A stretch of 64,000 nt of DNA from the human T2T-CHM13v2.0 reference genome, Homo sapiens. This document shows, piece after piece, positions 60,293 to 64,000 of the stretch. The translations under genes and the position numbers were made by a program. How positions within the stretch are numbered: the first letter of the stretch is position 1; the number at the start of each line of letters is the position of its first letter. The notes under the pieces are model-generated. The model had not been told where the DNA came from and did not search any database. It saw nothing but the letters and a program-made list of their open reading frames with translations. The stretch lies in NCBI RefSeq assembly GCF_009914755.1, contig NC_060940.1; one strand, written 5' to 3'.

Positions 60293-62123
60293 GAGTCTAT
60301 TTATGTATTATATTCGTGTCCACTTCATGATTCCATTCAATTCCATTTAATGTTGATTCCATTTGATTCCATTTGATGATTCAGTTCGATTCCTTGCAAT
60401 GATTCCCTACGATTCCTTTCTATGCTGATTCCATTCGATTCCATTCATTGATGATTTCATTCGACTCCATTCGATGATGATTCCTTTCGATTCCATTTGA
60501 CGATGTTTCCATTCGAGTCCATTCGATGATGATTCTATTCAATTCTGTTCTATTATGATTCCATTCGATTTCATTCAATGCTTCTATTTGATTCCATTCG
60601 ATGATGATTCCATCTCTTTCCCTTCGATGATTCCATTTGATTCCATTCAGTGATGATTCCATTGGATTCCATCTGATGATGATTTCACTTGATTCCTTTC
60701 AATGATGATTCAATTCAAGTCCATTCGATGATTCCATTGGAGTCCAAACGATCATTCCGTTCGATTCCATTCAATGGTGATTCCATTCATGTCCATTCGA
60801 TGAATCCATTCAATTCCATTCGATGATGACTCCATTCGAGTACATTCGATGATTCCATTTGATTCCATTGGAAGATGATTCCATTCAATTCCATTCGAAG
60901 ATGATTCCATTCAATTCCATTCGATGATGATTCCGTATGAATCCATTCTCTGATTATTCCATTCGATTCCATTCATTGACGATTCCATTCAATTCCATTC
61001 AATGATGATTCTCTTCTATTCCATTCGATGATTCCGGTCGATTCCATTCGATGATGATTCCATTAGATTCCATTCGATTGTTGCATTCGATTCCCTTCGA
61101 TGATGATTCCTTTGAATTCCATTCGATTATCATTCCGTATGAATCCATTTGATGATTATTCCATTGGATTCCTTTCGATGATGATTCCATTCGATTCCAT
61201 TTGATGATGTTTCTCTTGTATTCCATTGGATAATTCCTTTCAGTTCCCTTCGATGATTATTCTTTCGAGTCAATTCGATGATTCTATTCCATTCCCTTCG
61301 ATGATGATTCCATTTCACTCCATTTGATGATTCCATTCGACTCAATTTGGTGATGATTCAATTCGATGATATTCGATGACTCCATTCAATTTCATTTGAT
61401 GATGATTACATTCGAGTCCATTTGATGATTGTATTCCTTTCCTTTTGATGATTATTCCATTCGTGTCTATTCAAAGGTTCCATTCTATTCCATTCAATGA
61501 TGATTGCATTTGATTCCATTCAATGATTATGGCTATCGATTCCACTCGTTGATTCCATTTGATTCCGTTCGATGATTATTCTGTTAGATTCCATTAGAAG
61601 ATTCCATTCGATTTTATTCAATGATTCCAATGGATTCCATTCAATGATGATTCCATTCGACTCCATTCAGTGATTCCATTCGAGTCTATTTGATGATTCC
61701 ATTCCTTTCCATTTGATGATGATTCCATTAGGGTCCATTCAATGATTCCATTCGAGTCCATTCGTTAATGCCTTTCGAGTCCTTTTGATCACTACATTCG
61801 AGTCCATTCAATGATTCTATTCGATTCCATTCCATGATGATTCCATTCGAGTTCATTCGATGATTGCATTCGAGTCCATTTGATGATTCCATATGATTCC
61901 CTTCGACAATGATTCCATTCGTGTCCATTTGATGATTCCATTCATTTCCTATCGATGAAGATTCCATTCAAGTGTATTCGATGATTCCATTCAAATCCAT
62001 TCGATGATGATTCCATTCCAGTCCATTCGATCATTCCACTTGATTCCATTTGATGACTATTCCATTCAAATCCATTTGATGATTCCATTCGATTCCATTC
62101 GATGTTACCATTCGAGTATATAC
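60293..62123 (+). repeat. Degenerate HSat2 block (~1.83 kb) not present in the 6.1-kb unit
   Basis: Still has the GATGATTCCATT backbone, but carries motifs seen nowhere else (TTTATGTATTATATTCG, CCTTGCAATG, GATTATGGCTATCG, CGTTAATGCC). Its ORF translations have no counterpart in other units. Confidence 0.88.
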
Positions 62124-64000
62124 GATGATTCCACTCGATTCCATTTGATGATTATTCCATTGGAGTCCACTTAGTGAATCCTTTAGATTCTACTCGAAGA
62201 TGATTCCATTCGAGTCCATTCGATGATACCATTCAATTCCATTCGTTGATGCTTCCATTCAAGTGCATTCGATGATATCATTCGATTCCATTTGATGATA
62301 ATTCCATTTGATTCCATGCGATGATTCTATTCGATTCCATTCAATGATAATTCCATTCAATTCAGTGATTCCTCTGGACTCCATTTGATGATGATTCCAT
62401 TCAATGATTCCATTCGATTCTATTCGAAAATGATTCCATTTGAATCCATTTGATGATGATTCCATTGGATTCCATTTGATGATTCCATTCGATTCCATTC
62501 GATGATGATTCCATTCGATTCCTTTTGATGAATCCATTCTATTGTATTCGATGATGATTCCATTCGATTCCATTCGATGATGATTGGATTCGATTCCATT
62601 TGATGATTTCATTTGATTCCATTCGATAATGATTTCGATCAATTCCATTCGATGATTCCATTCGATTCCATTCGATAATGATTACATCCGAGTCCATTCG
62701 ATGATTCCATTTGAGCCCGTTCGATAATTCCATTTGAGTCCAATCAATGATTCCATTCATTTCCATTCAATGATTCCATTCGAGTCCATTTGATCATTCC
62801 GGTAGGGTCCGTTCGATGTTGATTCCATTGGAGTGCATTCGATGATTCCATTCGAGTCCATTTTAGGATTTGATTCGAGTCCTTTCGATGATTCCATTCG
62901 ATTCCACTCGATGATTTCATTCGAGTCCATTCGACACTTCCAATCGATTCCATTTGATGTTTCCATTCGATTCCAATTGATGATTCCATTCAATTCCATT
63001 CGATGATGATTCCGTACGATTCCATTCTGTGATGATTCCATGTGATTCCATTCAATGATGATTCCTTTCGATTGCATTCGATTATGATTCATTTCGTGTT
63101 CATTCTATGGTTCCACAGGTTTCCATTCGATGATGTTTCCATTCGTGTCCATTCCATTATTCCATTCTATTCCATTTGAAGATGATTCCATTCGATTCCA
63201 TTCATTGGTGATTCCACTCAATTCCATTCAATGATTCCATTCCATTTCTTTCAACAATGATTCCATTAGTTTCTATTCGATGATCCACTTGATTCCATTT
63301 GACGATGATTCCATTCGTGTCCATTCGATGATTCCATTTGATTCCATATGATGATGATTCCATTCGATTCCATACGATGATGATTCCATTCGAGTCCATT
63401 CAATGGTGATTCCATTCAATTCCATTCGATGATTCCTTCCGATTCCATTCAATGATGATGGCATTCGATTCCTTTCGATCATTCCCTTTGATTCCATTCA
63501 AAGGTGATTTCATTCAAGTCCATTCGATAATTGCATTCGATTCCATTCTATGATGATTCCATTCGAGTCCATTTGATGATTCCATTCAATTCAAGTCAAT
63601 GATGATTCCATTCGATTCAACTCGATGATTCCATTGGATTCCATTCGATGATGATTCCATTCAAATCCATTCGATAATTCAATTCAAGTCCATTCGATGA
63701 TGATTCCAATCGAATCCATTCAAAGATTCCACTCAATTCCATTCGATGATGATTCCCTTAGATTCCATTCGATGATTCCACTTGATTCCATTTACGATGA
63801 TTCCATTCGATTCCATGTGATGATTCCATTCAATTCTATTCAATGATGTTTCCACTTGATTCCATTCGAACATGATTGCCTTTGATTCCATTCAATGATT
63901 CCATACGGTTCCATTTGATGATGATTCCATTCGAGTGCATTAGATGATTCCATTCGAGTCCATTCGATGATTCCATTCGATTCCATTCGATGTTGATTCT
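62124..64000 (+). repeat. Diverged paralogue of unit positions ~2445-4380, running off the window end
   Basis: GAGTCCACTTAGTGAATCC, CCTCTGGACTCC, CCGGTAGGG and CCACAGG markers are in unit order; shares diagnostic variants with 58570-60292. Confidence 0.9.

Larger units (their letters stand above)
1..64000 (+). repeat. Human Satellite II (HSat2/HSATII) pericentromeric tandem array, CATTC strand on +
   Basis: Continuous degenerate CATTCGATTC / CATTCGAGTC / GATGATTC motifs in 23- and 26-bp monomers, with dense TCGA (TaqI) and GANTC (HinfI) sites. Long pure (CATTC)n runs are lacking, which argues against HSat3. No non-satellite sequence is visible. Confidence 0.98.

Noticed and set aside
60293-62123. 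Possible transposon or foreign DNA insertion
   Set aside because: The block keeps the HSat2 backbone and orientation throughout, with no poly-A tail, terminal repeats, target-site duplication or Alu/L1-like sequence.
233-63497. About 140 minus-strand ORFs of 60-176 aa rich in MESSNGIEWNH
   Set aside because: These are direct translations of the GAATGGAATCATCATC strand, which is rich in ATG and poorer in stops. They overlap in several frames, are broken freely by indels and resemble no domain I recognise. Any database hits would probably be mis-annotated satellite contamination.
1-64000. CRISPR-like array of 23-26 bp repeats
   Set aside because: There are no unique spacers, leader or cas genes; the monomers are contiguous and degenerate.
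1-64000. HSat3, alpha satellite or telomeric repeat; heat-shock element array
   Set aside because: CATTC runs reach only about three copies and are interrupted by GATGAT and CGA(T/G). There is no 171-bp period and no TTAGGG. HSF1 stress bodies are mainly associated with HSat3, and I see no convincing nGAAn inverted arrays.
1-64000. Inversions or large palindromes
   Set aside because: No GAATG-dominated tract appears on the + strand; only trivial short palindromes such as TTCGAA and ATCGAT are present.

Overview
The whole 64 kb is one uninterrupted tandem array of human-type Satellite II (HSat2/HSATII). It is built from degenerate 23-bp (CATTCGATTCCATTCGATGATTC) and 26-bp (CATTCGATTCCATTCGATGATGATTC) monomers, with the CATTC strand on + throughout. 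I see no real genes, RNA genes, transposon insertions, inversions or CRISPR arrays, and the ORF track is an artefact of translating the GGAAT strand. The monomers form a higher-order unit of about 6.11 kb. That size fits my recollection of the HSat2B array of human chr16q11.2, which I could not verify here. Phased on TCGATGAGGATTCC, units start at 1, 6113, 12226, 18329, 24428, 30540, 34540, 40652, 46764, 52519 and 58202, giving lengths of 6112, 6113, 6103, 6099, 6112, 4000, 6112, 6112, 5755 and 5683 bp. The interest lies in array evolution. There is a 6,103-bp near-perfect duplication and a 10,112-bp out-of-register tandem duplication joined at a 26-bp microhomology. A variant 5.7-kb unit family begins near 45.7 kb, and 72-bp deletions recur. 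After about 58.57 kb the array becomes a more diverged, roughly 4.13-kb-period arrangement with 1.83 kb of HSat2 absent from the 6.1-kb unit, which appears to show how that unit was assembled. I find no evidence of a new protein- or RNA-based biological system. All comparisons were made by eye and from ORF-track offsets, not by computed alignment.
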